The notes: generated by a model from the sequence alone, not told the origin. A DNA stretch of 64,000 nucleotides from Bryobacterales bacterium (GCA_965226435.1 CBDDCY010000012.1:903006-967005), one strand, 5' to 3'. Positions 19,657-30,396 are shown, counted from the stretch's first letter. Translations and numbers: made by a program.

Positions 19657-20358
19657 TCACAATAACTCGTCCGCCAATTCGACGAAATTACTCACCGTCA
19701 AATCGGGCTGGAGCGGCGAGTCTTCGTAGGGAAGCTTGTAGCGGTTCACATAGGCCCCGCGGAATCCGCAAGCTCGCGCCCCCATGATGTCGAAGGCATG
19801 GGCGGCGACCATCATGATGCGGCCCGGCGCCCGATCGAGCGTCTTTGCCGCATAGCGATACACCGAAGGATGCGGCTTGAAACGTCCCACCGCGTCGACC
19901 GACAAAACCGCGCTGAAGGGTGCGGGGATGTTGTTTCCCACCAGCTGCTCCACCAACCAAGCGTTGCCGTTCGACAACGCCACGAGTCGATAGCGTTCGG
20001 CCAGGCGGTTGAGACCGCGCACGGCATCATTAAACGGCTGCAATCGCTCGAAAGCTGTCATCAGATCGCGTACATCGTCGTCGTTGAAGGCGATCACTTG
20101 ATGGCGAAGCGTGTAGACGAGCGCTCGGCGGGCGACTTCCAAGTAGCCGCTGTGCCCGAGCATCACGATCGTGTCTTGGTATTGCTCGACGCGCTGGCGA
20201 GCGCGCCAGGAGGCCCAAAAGTCAGTGCCGCTGATTTGAGCTTGCCTGCCGCGCAAAAAAGGCTCGACCAGCGGCACGATGCCGCCGCTGAGGTCGAGGA
20301 CCGTCCCGAAGATGTCAAACGTGAGAGTGTCGATGCGTGCTCGTTCGTCGTTGTTCAT
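19657..20358 (-). CDS. Haloacid dehalogenase type II
   Basis: FDIFGT, LSNGN, FKPHP..Y and AAHAFDIMGA motifs. Confidence 0.88.
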   Translation of the reverse strand: MNNDERARIDTLTFDIFGTVLDLSGGIVPLVEPFLRGRQAQISGTDFWASWRARQRVEQYQDTIVMLGHSGYLEVARRALVYTLRHQVIAFNDDDVRDLMTAFERLQPFNDAVRGLNRLAERYRLVALSNGNAWLVEQLVGNNIPAPFSAVLSVDAVGRFKPHPSVYRYAAKTLDRAPGRIMMVAAHAFDIMGARACGFRGAYVNRYKLPYEDSPLQPDLTVSNFVELADELL

Positions 20359-20505
20359 CTGGTTGGCGGTGGTTTGCTCCGCAATGGCGGATCGAAGCCT
20401 TCTCAACAAGGTCGGGGAAAGACTCCTAGCCCTTAGCAAACAGAGCGCAAGTGACGGGCCGGGCCGCAAGCGGCCACCCAAGCGGACCCAGCCGTTCAGC
20501 CGACC

Positions 20506-21153
20506 CTACTCCGGATCTTTCAAAAACCTATACACCAACGCCGCCAACACGCCGCCCAGCGGACAAGCCACAAAATAAATCCACAGGCTCGACATCGCCG
20601 TCGGTGCATTACCGAAGAGCGCCGGACCCAGTGACCGCGCCGGGTTCAGCGACGCGCCGGTCAGCGGCCCGCCCATCAAAATGCAGAACACCAGCGTCAA
20701 ACCGATCGCAACCGGGGCCATATTTCCAGCCTTGCCGCTGACCGCCGTGTGGTAGATGGTGTTCACGAGCAAGAACGTCAACAACAGCTCGAGGACAAAT
20801 GTCTGTGCCGTGCCGATGCCCTCGGCCGGAACGGTCGCTCCCAGCGCCCCCGCTTTCTCTCCCAACACGAAGGCCAACGCCCCGGCGCCCGCGACGCCGC
20901 CCGCCAGCTGGACGATGATGTATCCCGCCGCCGTGCCGACATCAATTTGGCGGCCCGCCAACAACCCGATCGTCACCGCGGGATTAATGTGCGTACCCGA
21001 AATGTGCCCGTAGGCGTAAGCAAGAGCCAATACGACCAGTCCGTGCGCGAAGGCCACGGCGACCAAGCTCCCGCTGACCGCGCCCGCGCCCGCTCCAATG
21101 AAGATCAAGACGAACGTTCCAATAAACTCCGTCGTCAAAGCTTTCGAATTCAT
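20506..21153 (-). CDS. Aquaporin (MIP family)
   Basis: HINPAVT and SLNPARS NPA boxes; 6 TM helices. Confidence 0.95.
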   Translation of the reverse strand: MNSKALTTEFIGTFVLIFIGAGAGAVSGSLVAVAFAHGLVVLALAYAYGHISGTHINPAVTIGLLAGRQIDVGTAAGYIIVQLAGGVAGAGALAFVLGEKAGALGATVPAEGIGTAQTFVLELLLTFLLVNTIYHTAVSGKAGNMAPVAIGLTLVFCILMGGPLTGASLNPARSLGPALFGNAPTAMSSLWIYFVACPLGGVLAALVYRFLKDPE

Positions 21154-21511
21154 GCTTTCTCCTCCCCCTGTCCGCGCCGCTGTTTTCGTGGACGGCCATG
21201 GCCGGGAAACCGCGACATTCCGCCGGGCCGAGGCTGGTCATTGCGTAAAACCGGCAACGACCGACGGAAGCAAGACGATAGCACTCGCGTAAAGCGATTT
21301 CAACCTCCCCGGAGTTGTTGGGGGAAACGGGGTCGCAAAGGGGCGCGACATGGGGCCGGTCGCGGCCGGGAACATGCCCCCGGCAGCGGTAAACACTCGC
21401 GTTTATCCCGGTCAACCGGCAAGACAAGCCCTCGGCTTGTTCCCGCTCGCTCGTCTCAAGTGAAGATTGGTTGGCGGAGCCTGCCTGCCGGCGCTACGCG
21501 GGTTTCCGGAC

Positions 21512-22165
21512 TCAATGGGGGCGCGTGTTGCCGGCCGGCGTGCTCGCCGCCGATTGTCGTCCGTTGGCCCTGCTTGGGGGCGTGTTCGCTGAATCACCCT
21601 CGGACGACTCGATCATGAGAGGCTTGCCCTCGTCGCCTTCGCTCGGGCCCGCGGCATCGGGGTTGTTGCACCAATCGACGCCGCTAACGGTGATCCAAAA
21701 CACCCCGCTGTCGCCGGCTTGGATGTGCCCTCGTTCGCGCAAGTACCATAACGAGAACTCAAGATGCTCTCGAGCGCAGCTCAGAAGACTCTCCATCTCG
21801 CGCATCGTCACACCCGGGCTGTTGTTCTCTTGAAGACGCTTCGCGTACATGATGGACAGGATGCCCTCTCGCTGGCGCTTTTCGATTTCGCGCGAGGTCA
21901 AGGCCTCGTCTTGATCGAAGATCTTCCACCGCAGCTTTCGGTGCTCCTGGTACTTCACATCGAAGCCGGCTCGCTTTTCCGGATCCGTAAGTGTCCGATA
22001 AGCCTTAGAGACCTCCTCGAATTCGTCCTGATTGCCGGTCTCCTTGTTGTCGGGGTGGTATCGCAACGCCAGCAGTCGGTAAACGCGTCGGATCGTGTCG
22101 AGCTCGGCGGTCGGGCTGATCTGGAGAACTTCGTAAAAGTCGATGAAGGAGTCTTGATCTGGCAT
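21512..22165 (-). CDS. J-domain (DnaJ-like) protein with probable C-terminal winged helix
   Basis: DFYEVL, YHPD and AY..L.DPEKR motifs. Confidence 0.85.
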   Translation of the reverse strand: MPDQDSFIDFYEVLQISPTAELDTIRRVYRLLALRYHPDNKETGNQDEFEEVSKAYRTLTDPEKRAGFDVKYQEHRKLRWKIFDQDEALTSREIEKRQREGILSIMYAKRLQENNSPGVTMREMESLLSCAREHLEFSLWYLRERGHIQAGDSGVFWITVSGVDWCNNPDAAGPSEGDEGKPLMIESSEGDSANTPPSRANGRQSAASTPAGNTRPH

Positions 22166-22578
22166 GACGCAACTATTCTTTCACGGGGCGAAACCATCGC
22201 CCAATGCCGCACCCCTAATCATGCACCGTCACAGTCATATTGCCAATGGTACGGACGTTCCTTTGTTTTTAGGTAGTTTTCCTTACGCTCCAGGGGGACC
22301 AAACAGCTGCATACGCCGGGCCGGCAGGGGCGGAAAAACGGAGACTGTGCTTGACTCGTGCCGAATCACTTTCATGGAGTAGTAGGCTTGGCGCCGCGAA
22401 ACGGACTATCTTGTCTTTCCTTAAAGCCTTTCACGAGAACGAAGTCGTTCCAAGGTGACACTATCGTTTCGCGGTAATACATCGGTTTCGTAATACCAAT
22501 AAGGCGTTTTTCTTAGCGACTTGGACCCCGGAAGTAGGAATACATTTAAGTAAGAAGAGAGAGGATGAACTGTTAACC

Positions 22579-22995
22579 ATGTCACACTTGCACTCGAGTT
22601 TCGTTCCGGTCGGCCTCGGGCTGGGGCGCTCCATGGCCGGCACGGCCGTGATGGCCGCCGGCGCGGTAGTTGCCTTTCACGGTATGAGTGATTCGGCGTC
22701 TTGGCTGCCTTCCTTTTTTGGGATCGGAGATACCTTAGCGGGCGGGGTCGTCTTTGCCGCCGGGTTGGCACTGCTCCTGTTACCCGCGCGTGGCCGGAAC
22801 CGTACTCGCCGCGAAGCTCCGCCGCCGACCGCGCTGGAGCCCTCCGAGCCCACGGTTGACCCGAAAGGACTCGAAGCACTCATTCTGTGGGATGAGGAAG
22901 TGACCAGCCGTTCCGTCGATAAGGCGCCGCTGCCGCCGCGACCCGAGCCGGTCTGGAGCGGCCGAGATCTTCCGGTTGATACACCTGACCGTTGA
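22579..22995 (+). CDS. Hypothetical membrane protein
   Basis: GAGAGGA RBS; two hydrophobic segments. Confidence 0.5.
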   Translation: MSHLHSSFVPVGLGLGRSMAGTAVMAAGAVVAFHGMSDSASWLPSFFGIGDTLAGGVVFAAGLALLLLPARGRNRTRREAPPPTALEPSEPTVDPKGLEALILWDEEVTSRSVDKAPLPPRPEPVWSGRDLPVDTPDR

Positions 22996-23124
22996 ATGGC
23001 GACGCCTTCATCCCTCTCTTCGGCTGCCCCGACCTTCCTGCCGCCTGTCGCCGCTCGGACCCCGTCGAGAACAGTCCGGGCAGTCACCATTGTTGTTCTA
23101 TACTGAGCGCCTGGGAGAGATGAT

Positions 23125-23691
23125 ATGACCCTTCGCGGCACTCGATTTCGAACAGCGAGCGTTGTTCTCATGGCGGCCGGGGTCTTGTGGATACACCAAG
23201 TCACGTCCACCGCGAGAGCCGAGGCCGCGGGCGGATTGCGGTGGGCCGCCCCGGCGGATTGGACTTCCAAGGGCTCGACTCGCATGCGGGCGGCGACCTA
23301 TTCCATTCCCGCCGCGCCGGGCGACTCGGAAGGCGGCGAATGCGCCGTTTACTTTTTCGGCCCCGGTCAAGGCGGCAGCGTGCAAGCGAACGTGCGGCGA
23401 TGGCTGGGCCAATTTCGCACCCCCGAAGGCGGTCCCGTGGACGAGGCGGCGAGAGTGACGGAGCGAAACGTAGGCGAGATTCCGGTTACCTGGCTGGAAG
23501 TACGGGGCACCTACCTGTTCAAACCGGCACCCTTCGCACCCAAGGTGACGCCGAAGCCGGGCTACCGTATGCTTGCCGCGATTGCGCAGGGTCCGGTGGG
23601 TCCGGTCTTCTTCAAACTTACCGCGCCGGCCAACACCGCGGACAATGCCGAAGCGGCATTCGAGAAGATGCTGAAGTCGCTCAGCAAGTAA
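23125..23691 (+). CDS. Conserved secreted hypothetical protein
   Basis: Signal peptide; MRAATY, GQGGSVQANVRRWLGQF and FFKLT motifs. Confidence 0.75.
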   Translation: MTLRGTRFRTASVVLMAAGVLWIHQVTSTARAEAAGGLRWAAPADWTSKGSTRMRAATYSIPAAPGDSEGGECAVYFFGPGQGGSVQANVRRWLGQFRTPEGGPVDEAARVTERNVGEIPVTWLEVRGTYLFKPAPFAPKVTPKPGYRMLAAIAQGPVGPVFFKLTAPANTADNAEAAFEKMLKSLSK

Positions 23692-23757
23692 GTCGCCACG
23701 GGCTAACCCGGCCCGCGGCGGACCAATCAGCGACCGTGTCGCTTCCTGGCCGAGGCC

Positions 23758-24372
23758 TTATTCCGCCGGCGCCGCTTGGCCCGATTCCCGCGTGAAACTC
23801 ACGGCCGGGGGCGCCTGGCGCGCCTCCTCGCTGGTGCTGAAATAGGCGTCCTCGCGCGCGAAGCCGCTCATCGAGGCGACGAGGTTGTTAGGGAAGAGCT
23901 GTATGTAGGTGTTGTAAAGCTGGACGGTTTGATTGTACTTGCGCCGCTCGACGGCAATGCGGTTTTCCGTCCCGGCCAACTCGTCTTGCAGGCGCATGAA
24001 ATTTTGGCTCGACCGCAGATCCGGGTACCGCTCCATGACGACCAGCAATCGCGACAAGGCGCCGCCGAGTTGGTCGTTGGCGTTGATGCGCTGCGACGGA
24101 GTGCGCGCTCCCGCCATCGCCGCGCGGGCGTTGGCGATATTCGAAAACACTTCCTTCTCCTGCGCCGCGATGCCCTTGACGGTCTCGACTAGGTTAGGCA
24201 CCAAATCGAGGCGGCGCTGAATGACGGTGTCGACCTGCGCCCAGGCGCCGGCAATGGCTTCTTTTTGCTGCACCATCGTATTGCGGTGCCCGATGAACGT
24301 GCTGCCGACCGCCAGCGCGACCAGCAGCAACAGACCGACAAGAACCCCTCCGATGATGAGTGCTTTTTTCAA
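23758..24372 (-). CDS. lemA: LemA family protein
   Basis: N-terminal TM, QRRLDLVPNLVETVKG, ERYPDL and ELAGTENRIAVERRKYN motifs. Confidence 0.95.
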   Translation of the reverse strand: MKKALIIGGVLVGLLLLVALAVGSTFIGHRNTMVQQKEAIAGAWAQVDTVIQRRLDLVPNLVETVKGIAAQEKEVFSNIANARAAMAGARTPSQRINANDQLGGALSRLLVVMERYPDLRSSQNFMRLQDELAGTENRIAVERRKYNQTVQLYNTYIQLFPNNLVASMSGFAREDAYFSTSEEARQAPPAVSFTRESGQAAPAE

Positions 24373-24423
24373 GAGTTCCTCCCGCCGGCGCGTCCGGAAG
24401 CCGCCGCCGTGCGTCCAGCCGAA

Positions 24424-25134
24424 TTATAACTTGTCCACGGCTTCGGCGGCCTTGGTGACCTGCGACAGATAGTCCCCGAACAGGGGGTGAATATCGTGGT
24501 CATCGAGCCGTTCGTTCCCCTGGCGAAAGGCCAGAATCGCCTCGAAAGGCTTTGTGGAAATCGAGAAGCGCTCGGCGGCCCGCGCAAAAATTTCGTGCTT
24601 GGTAACCGGAGCCTCCTCCCCGTGGAGAATGAGGGTGTGACGCAGCAGGGTGGCGATGCTTGGCAGCGATTCGACCAACAGACGCGTCAACTCGCGGCGA
24701 TCGTCATGCGAGGCGATATAGCGTTCGCGCAAGCGCAGCAGACCCGATCGCAGCTCATGCTCGACTTGGTGACGGTGGTGTTGCGGCTCGACTTGGATGG
24801 CGCTGACAACGTCCTCGCCATGAAGGATGCGGTAGGCCGCTCGAATATCGAGAAATTCGATGGCGAATGCGTCGTGGGCGTTTTCGACTTCCTCCCGCGA
24901 CAGGAAGATCGGAACGGCTTTCTGCTTTCTTAACCACCAACGAACCGGGGCATTCAGCTTGTCGAGTTCGTCGGCCCCGACCCGGGTCAGCACGCAAAGG
25001 ACATTCAAGTCCGAGACCTTCTTCTGGTAGTCGCCCGTCACCGCCGAGCCATAGAGAACGACGCTGACCAGATCATCGCCCAGTGTCTCGACGAGGCGGC
25101 CGACGAGGCTTTCGAGAAGTTGATCGTTGGTCAT
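24424..25134 (-). CDS. Pol-beta-type nucleotidyltransferase domain protein
   Basis: VVLYGSAVTGD...SDLNVL motif followed by a helical C-terminal domain. Confidence 0.8.
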   Translation of the reverse strand: MTNDQLLESLVGRLVETLGDDLVSVVLYGSAVTGDYQKKVSDLNVLCVLTRVGADELDKLNAPVRWWLRKQKAVPIFLSREEVENAHDAFAIEFLDIRAAYRILHGEDVVSAIQVEPQHHRHQVEHELRSGLLRLRERYIASHDDRRELTRLLVESLPSIATLLRHTLILHGEEAPVTKHEIFARAAERFSISTKPFEAILAFRQGNERLDDHDIHPLFGDYLSQVTKAAEAVDKL

Positions 25135-25184
25135 ATTGTTTTGTTGATGCCCGTTCTTGTGATGCCGGAACCCGGACGACTGCC

Positions 25185-26000
25185 TCACCACGAACCGGAA
25201 GCCCCGCCGCCGCCGAAACCGCCGCCGCTGAAGCCGCCGAAACCACCGCCCGAGTAACCTCCGCCGCCCATTCCCGAAAAGCCGCCCCGCCCCATGCCGA
25301 CGAGCCCGCCGAGCAGCAGTGCGCTGGTCAGGCCGCCGCCGCGGCGCCCACCCGGGCCGCCCCGCCGCCCGAATAAGAAGGGCAGAAACAAGATGAGCGG
25401 CCACAGACCGAGCAACCCGCGTGAGCGCCGTCGCCGCTGTGGGGTCCTCTGGCGTGTCGGCGCTCCGGTTAGCTTGACGCCCGCGTCGTCCGCGACGACT
25501 TGCGCAATCGCCAGAAAGCCGATCTCAACCGCACGGTCATAGTCGCCCGCTTGCAGGGCGGGGCGCATCTGTTCGCGAATTTCACCGGCACGCCCGTCGG
25601 GCAGAATGGGTTCGATCCCGTAGCCGACTTCGATGCGCAACTTGCGATCGTCGATGGCGAGCAGCAACAGCACGCCGCGGTCTTCCGCGTCACCCACGCC
25701 CCATTGCTCGGCCAATACGTTGGCGTAGTTTTCGACCGAGTCGCCTTCGAGCGATTTGACGACGGCGACCGCGACCTCGGCCTTGGTCTTTTGTTTCAAC
25801 TCCGCGCCGATCGCTTCGAGTTGGCCCCTCACCCCGGCATCGAGTACCCCGGCGTAGTCGTTGATGAAGCCGGTGGGCTCGGGCAACGGGACCTGCGCCG
25901 CCAGCGGCAGGCACGGCAGCAGCACCAGCGTCGCGAGCAGCGAGGGACGTTTGTCGGCTCTGACACGCGCGGTCCGCGATAGGCATGGGTAACGGTTCAC
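25185..26000 (-). CDS. TPM domain (YgcG-like) membrane protein
   Basis: INDYAGVL, WGVG...GVLLL, RIEVGYG.E motifs and a Gly-rich tail FGGGGASGSW; start uncertain. Confidence 0.92.
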   Translation of the reverse strand: MNRYPCLSRTARVRADKRPSLLATLVLLPCLPLAAQVPLPEPTGFINDYAGVLDAGVRGQLEAIGAELKQKTKAEVAVAVVKSLEGDSVENYANVLAEQWGVGDAEDRGVLLLLAIDDRKLRIEVGYGIEPILPDGRAGEIREQMRPALQAGDYDRAVEIGFLAIAQVVADDAGVKLTGAPTRQRTPQRRRRSRGLLGLWPLILFLPFLFGRRGGPGGRRGGGLTSALLLGGLVGMGRGGFSGMGGGGYSGGGFGGFSGGGFGGGGASGSW

Positions 26001-26083
26001 GGCGATTTCAGAATACCAACTGGCTCGGCGCCTTCAAGCGTCCTGTGCATTACATCATGTCCGGCAAGACCGCGAACACCTTG

Positions 26084-26170
26084 AGCCGCGAAGCGGCGAC
26101 GGGAGCCATAGCCCCGGGCTTCAGCCCGGGGTCCCCACCGAAAATCACGACAAGCCCCGGACGGGGCGCG
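26084..26170. repeat. REP/MITE-like element
   Basis: agccgcgaagcggcg (exact reverse complement at 54132-54146) plus a ccccgggcttcagcccgggg hairpin. Confidence 0.55.
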
Positions 26171-26317
26171 GGAACAATCGTTCGATCCAACCCCGACCAA
26201 CGATGGCCGACACTTCGACCTTCTCCTATCTTGTTTCCTTACCCCAGCCTCCATTTTCATGGCGGTATCCTTGGCCACGCATGGTTTCGATCGGCGGCCG
26301 GCGCTGTATTCTGGAGG

Positions 26318-27001
26318 TTGCCCGTCCTGCGCCTTGAAAACGTCACGAAGCAATACCGCACTGACCAAGAAACCGTGTCGGCTCTGGCCGACGTTTCTCT
26401 CGATGCCGCCGAGGGCGAGTTCGTCGCGCTGGTCGGCCGCAGCGGCTGCGGCAAGACCACATTGCTGAATCTCGGCGGCGCGATGGATTTCCCAACCTCG
26501 GGAAAGGTCCTCCTCGACGGCAGCGATACTTCATCGCTGGACGACCGCGGGCTGACGCACGTACGCCGCGCGAAGGTCGGGTTCGTCTTCCAATTCTTTC
26601 ATCTGTTGCCGACGTTAACGGGCGTCGAAAATGTCGAACTGCCGTTGATGTTGGCGGGAGAAACCAACGTCCGCGGCCGCGCCTTGGAAAGCCTGCGATG
26701 GGTCGAGATGGAGTCCTACGCCGATCGCTTGCCGCACCAGCTATCCGGGGGGCAGATGCAACGCATCGCGATCGCCCGGTCGCTGGTCCACGCGCCGAAA
26801 ATTCTGTTGGCTGACGAGCCCATCGGCAACCTCGACACCGCTGCCGCCGACGTCGTGATGACGCTGCTGCGGCGCACCGCCGACGAGCGCGGAACCACGA
26901 TCTTGATGGCGACCCACAGCCTGGAAGCCGCCGCCGTAACCGACACCGTCGTTCGGCTACGCGACGGCCGCGTTGAAGACATCAACAGGAAGAGCTCATA
27001 A
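26318..27001 (+). CDS. ABC transporter ATP-binding protein (LolD/MacB-like)
   Basis: GRSGCGKT, LSGGQ, LADEP and ATH motifs; no adjacent permease. Confidence 0.92.
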   Translation: MPVLRLENVTKQYRTDQETVSALADVSLDAAEGEFVALVGRSGCGKTTLLNLGGAMDFPTSGKVLLDGSDTSSLDDRGLTHVRRAKVGFVFQFFHLLPTLTGVENVELPLMLAGETNVRGRALESLRWVEMESYADRLPHQLSGGQMQRIAIARSLVHAPKILLADEPIGNLDTAAADVVMTLLRRTADERGTTILMATHSLEAAAVTDTVVRLRDGRVEDINRKSS

Positions 27002-27021
27002 ATAGGGAACCGAACGACGCC

Positions 27022-28464
27022 ATGACCGAATTATTCCGTCAGCCCGCGACCGAGCTGGCCCGCCGCATACGGGCTAAGGAAGTAAGCCCCGTCGAGGTCG
27101 TTGAGGCTCACCTCGCCCGCATCGAGCAAGTCAACCCGGTGCTCAACGCCATCACCGACCTGCAAGCCGGCCGCGCCCGCGGGCAGGCGCGCCGAGCCGA
27201 GCAACAAATCATGGCCGGCGAGCCGACCGGCCCCCTACACGGCGTTCCCCTGACGATCAAGAGCTCGATCGAAGTCAAGGGCTTCCGTTGCGAGTGCGGA
27301 ACAAAACTCCGCGAGGGAATCGTCGCCGAACGCGACGCGACTCTGGTCACGAGCTTGAAGCAAGCCGGCGCGATCATTCTCGGCACAACCAACACCCCCG
27401 AGTTCCTGATGGCCTATGAGAGCGACAACTATCTATATGGCCGCACCAACAACCCTTGGAACCTCGACTACACCGCCGGCGGTTCGAGCGGCGGCGAGGC
27501 GGCGGCGATTGCTTCGGGGTGTTCCGCGGGCGGCTTCGGCTCCGACGGCGGCGGGTCGGTTCGCGTACCGGCGCACTTCAGCGGCATCTGCGGCTTGAAG
27601 CCCACGCCCGGCGTCATTCCGCGCACCGGGCATTGGCCGGCCTGCCTGGGCCCCTCGGCTTTCTTGGGATTGATCGGACCCATGGCGCGCACGGTCGAGG
27701 ATGTTCGTTTGTTACTCGAAATCACCGCCGGCGTCGAGTACCACGACCCCTCGGGCGCGCCGGTCGAGATGCGCGCCCCGAGCGAGGCGGAGTTGCGCTC
27801 GCTCAAGGTGGGCTGGTTTGCCGACGACGGCCGAAACCCGGTGACGCCCGAAACCCGCCAAGCCGTCGAGCGCGCCGCGAAGGCGCTCGAGGATCAGGGG
27901 TTTGCCGTCGAAGAAGTCAAGATCACCGGCCTTGAACAAGCTCCTGATTTGTGGTGGACCCTTTTCGGCGTTGTCGCGACCACCGCGCTCCAGCCGATCG
28001 TCGCGGGCAGGGAAGACGAGCTGCATCCCTTCTCGCAGTCGTTGATGGCGACCCAAGACGAGGTCGAGGCCATGACCTACGAGCGATTCCTCGATGCCTG
28101 GGTCAACCGCGACCGCGTAAGGTCGAAACTGCTCGGGCAGATGGAAGAGTATCCGGTGCTGCTCTGTCCAACGGCCTCCCTACCGGCGTTTCGACACGGC
28201 GAACGTTCTTGGACGATTGGCGGGAAACAGGTGTGCTACCCCGAGCCCTTCGTCTATTCGCAGATCTTCAACCTGTTAGGAAACCCCGCTGCCGTCGTCC
28301 CGGCGGGTCAATCAGCCGACGGGCTGCCGATCGGCGTCCAACTGGTCGGCCGGCCGTTTGAGGACGAGGTCACCCTCTCGGTAGCCGCCAAGATCGAAGA
28401 AGCTCTCGGCGGATCACCCGCGCCCCCCGAGGAGGCCTTTACGTCGCTTGCACGCCGATGCTAG
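27022..28464 (+). CDS. Amidase-signature family protein
   Basis: GPLHGVPLTIK, GGSSGGE and GSDGGGSVRVPA motifs. Confidence 0.93.
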   Translation: MTELFRQPATELARRIRAKEVSPVEVVEAHLARIEQVNPVLNAITDLQAGRARGQARRAEQQIMAGEPTGPLHGVPLTIKSSIEVKGFRCECGTKLREGIVAERDATLVTSLKQAGAIILGTTNTPEFLMAYESDNYLYGRTNNPWNLDYTAGGSSGGEAAAIASGCSAGGFGSDGGGSVRVPAHFSGICGLKPTPGVIPRTGHWPACLGPSAFLGLIGPMARTVEDVRLLLEITAGVEYHDPSGAPVEMRAPSEAELRSLKVGWFADDGRNPVTPETRQAVERAAKALEDQGFAVEEVKITGLEQAPDLWWTLFGVVATTALQPIVAGREDELHPFSQSLMATQDEVEAMTYERFLDAWVNRDRVRSKLLGQMEEYPVLLCPTASLPAFRHGERSWTIGGKQVCYPEPFVYSQIFNLLGNPAAVVPAGQSADGLPIGVQLVGRPFEDEVTLSVAAKIEEALGGSPAPPEEAFTSLARRC

Positions 28465-29479
28465 GAACTCCGAACCGGCCCGGTCGACTCGCGAATCACC
28501 AATCGCGGTTCAACCATGATTTCACGCTCCGGCCGCGATCCATCGCTCTCAGCGACCAACGCCTCAAAGGTCAGTCTCCCAATTTCGCCTCGCGGAACGT
28601 CCACGGTAGTCAGCGGAGGATGTGTGAACTCGGCCAAATGAATATTGTCAAACCCGGTGACCGACACTTGCTCGGGTACGCGCAACCCTTTTTCCCGTAA
28701 CGCCTCGAGCACCCCCAGCGCCATGAAATCATTCACGCACAAGATCGCCGTCGGCTCGAACCCCGACGCCAGCAATTTGCGGGCCGCCCGCCGCCCACCC
28801 TCCGGTCCGTCGAAATCGGCCTCCGTCAAAAACTCCACCGGCTCGTCGTAGGATCGAACGGCCTTTAGAAACGATTCGAGGCGCGCCCCCAGCGACGCCA
28901 ACCCGACGTGGTGTCCGACGAACGCCATGCGGCGATGGCCCAACGAATAAAGGTGCTCACCGATCCGCCCCATCGGCTCGTGCCAATCGATCCGGATATG
29001 GGTCGCGCTTTCGGACGCCTCGCCGATGTCGTGGAAGACGACAGGCAAATCGCTATCCCGCAATTCCGCGGTCAAGCCTTCGTCCATTTCCGAGACGATC
29101 ATTCCCAAACCCGTCAGCGAGCGTCCCAACATCGAGCGCACCCGGCCGCCAATTTACTCGATCGATAGCCGGTGCTTTCCACCAGCACTTCATACCCGCG
29201 GCGATCCGCCATTCTCTCGAAGGCGGCATAGATGTCCAGAAAGTAGGGCTTCTCGATGTTCGAAACGATCAGCCCCAAGGTCCGCGTCCGCCCCGACGCT
29301 AACGCGCGGGCGTGGACATTAGGGTGAAAGCGCAGCTCGCGCACCGCTTCCATGACGCGTGTGCGCGTCGAAGCCCGCACGGCGCCAACGTTATTCAGCA
29401 CTCGCGAAACGGTGGCGGTCGAAACTCCGGCCCGGTCGGCGACGGTCTCCAACGTCATCCTTTGCTCTTGGCTCGGCAT
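28461..29479 (-). pseudogene. LacI family transcriptional regulator, frameshifted near 29141
   Basis: HTH (AGVSTATVSRVLN) in ORF 29114-29479 and ligand domain (SVTGFDN, PPLTTV) in 28461-29141. Adding one G to GCC GGG restores AAGVRSM. Confidence 0.8.
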
Positions 29480-29665
29480 ACGCGCTGGGTCCTATATAGC
29501 GAGATCATAGCCCGATTGCAAACGTCAAGACTCGACTGTCACGGTCCCGACCGTCGCCAAGACCCCGCCCGCGACAGGAAAGTCCCGGCCGCGACGCGGA
29601 GCTGAGCCTCGGACGCCGTCCTCGGCCCGCCCACTCGGGAGGCCGAGGGCGCAAGGGAACCCGCG

Positions 29666-30166
29666 TTACTGCCCGCCGCCGTCTTCCCAGGGTAATTTCC
29701 CGGTCGTGGGGCAAACTTTGCGCAATCTCCGGTCGATTTCTCGGCCGACTTCCTCCAATCGCTGGGGGGGTAAATTGGCTTGGATTTCTTGAAACAGACG
29801 TCTCTCCTCGGTCCGAATGTGGCCGCTCAGCAATTCGCCGAATTCTCGCAAGAGCGCAACCCGGTCGGCTCCCGACGCCCGCGCGAGGCGTCGCGCCAGC
29901 TCCTCCATTTCACGATGCTGAGCGATCAACTCGTCGAGAAGTTGGGGCGTATCGAGCACCCCCCGGACGGCTGGGAACAGGACGCCTTCCTCGACTTCAA
30001 AGTGATGCAGCAACTCGATCTCGACCATGGCCGCGAGTTTGTCGTGGAGTTCGCCGGCCTTCGCGTCGGAGGCGTCGGCGCCCAAACCGCGATCGATGAG
30101 AACGCACAGCGCGAGCCCGTGCTGATGCTGGTGCGAGAGCGGGATCAAGCTCGGGTCGCGCAGCAT
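29666..30166 (-). CDS. Hemerythrin domain protein
   Basis: HQH, HFEVEE..LFP, H and HIRTEE..LF motifs. Confidence 0.85.
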   Translation of the reverse strand: MLRDPSLIPLSHQHQHGLALCVLIDRGLGADASDAKAGELHDKLAAMVEIELLHHFEVEEGVLFPAVRGVLDTPQLLDELIAQHREMEELARRLARASGADRVALLREFGELLSGHIRTEERRLFQEIQANLPPQRLEEVGREIDRRLRKVCPTTGKLPWEDGGGQ

Positions 30167-30396
30167 GGCTTCATTGCAAGTCGAGATTTAGCCGCGTCTC
30201 GCCGGCCTGCATGTCTCATCAACTGTCGGGGCGAAGTGCATGAGAGGGCCGTCAGTACGAGACGCGGGCCGCTTGGCGCCCCATCCCTTAAGCAAAGGGG
30301 CGTACTTGAACGGTACGGTGAGCACGGCAAGCAAGCGCAACGAAGTAATGGCGGGCCTATCATGTGCTTCGGCCGTCAGTTGGTGAGACATGCAGG

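Noticed and set aside
29576-29595. GGAAAGTCC resembling the RNase P RNA 5' motif
   Set aside because: No other RNase P conserved regions, and too little intergenic space.
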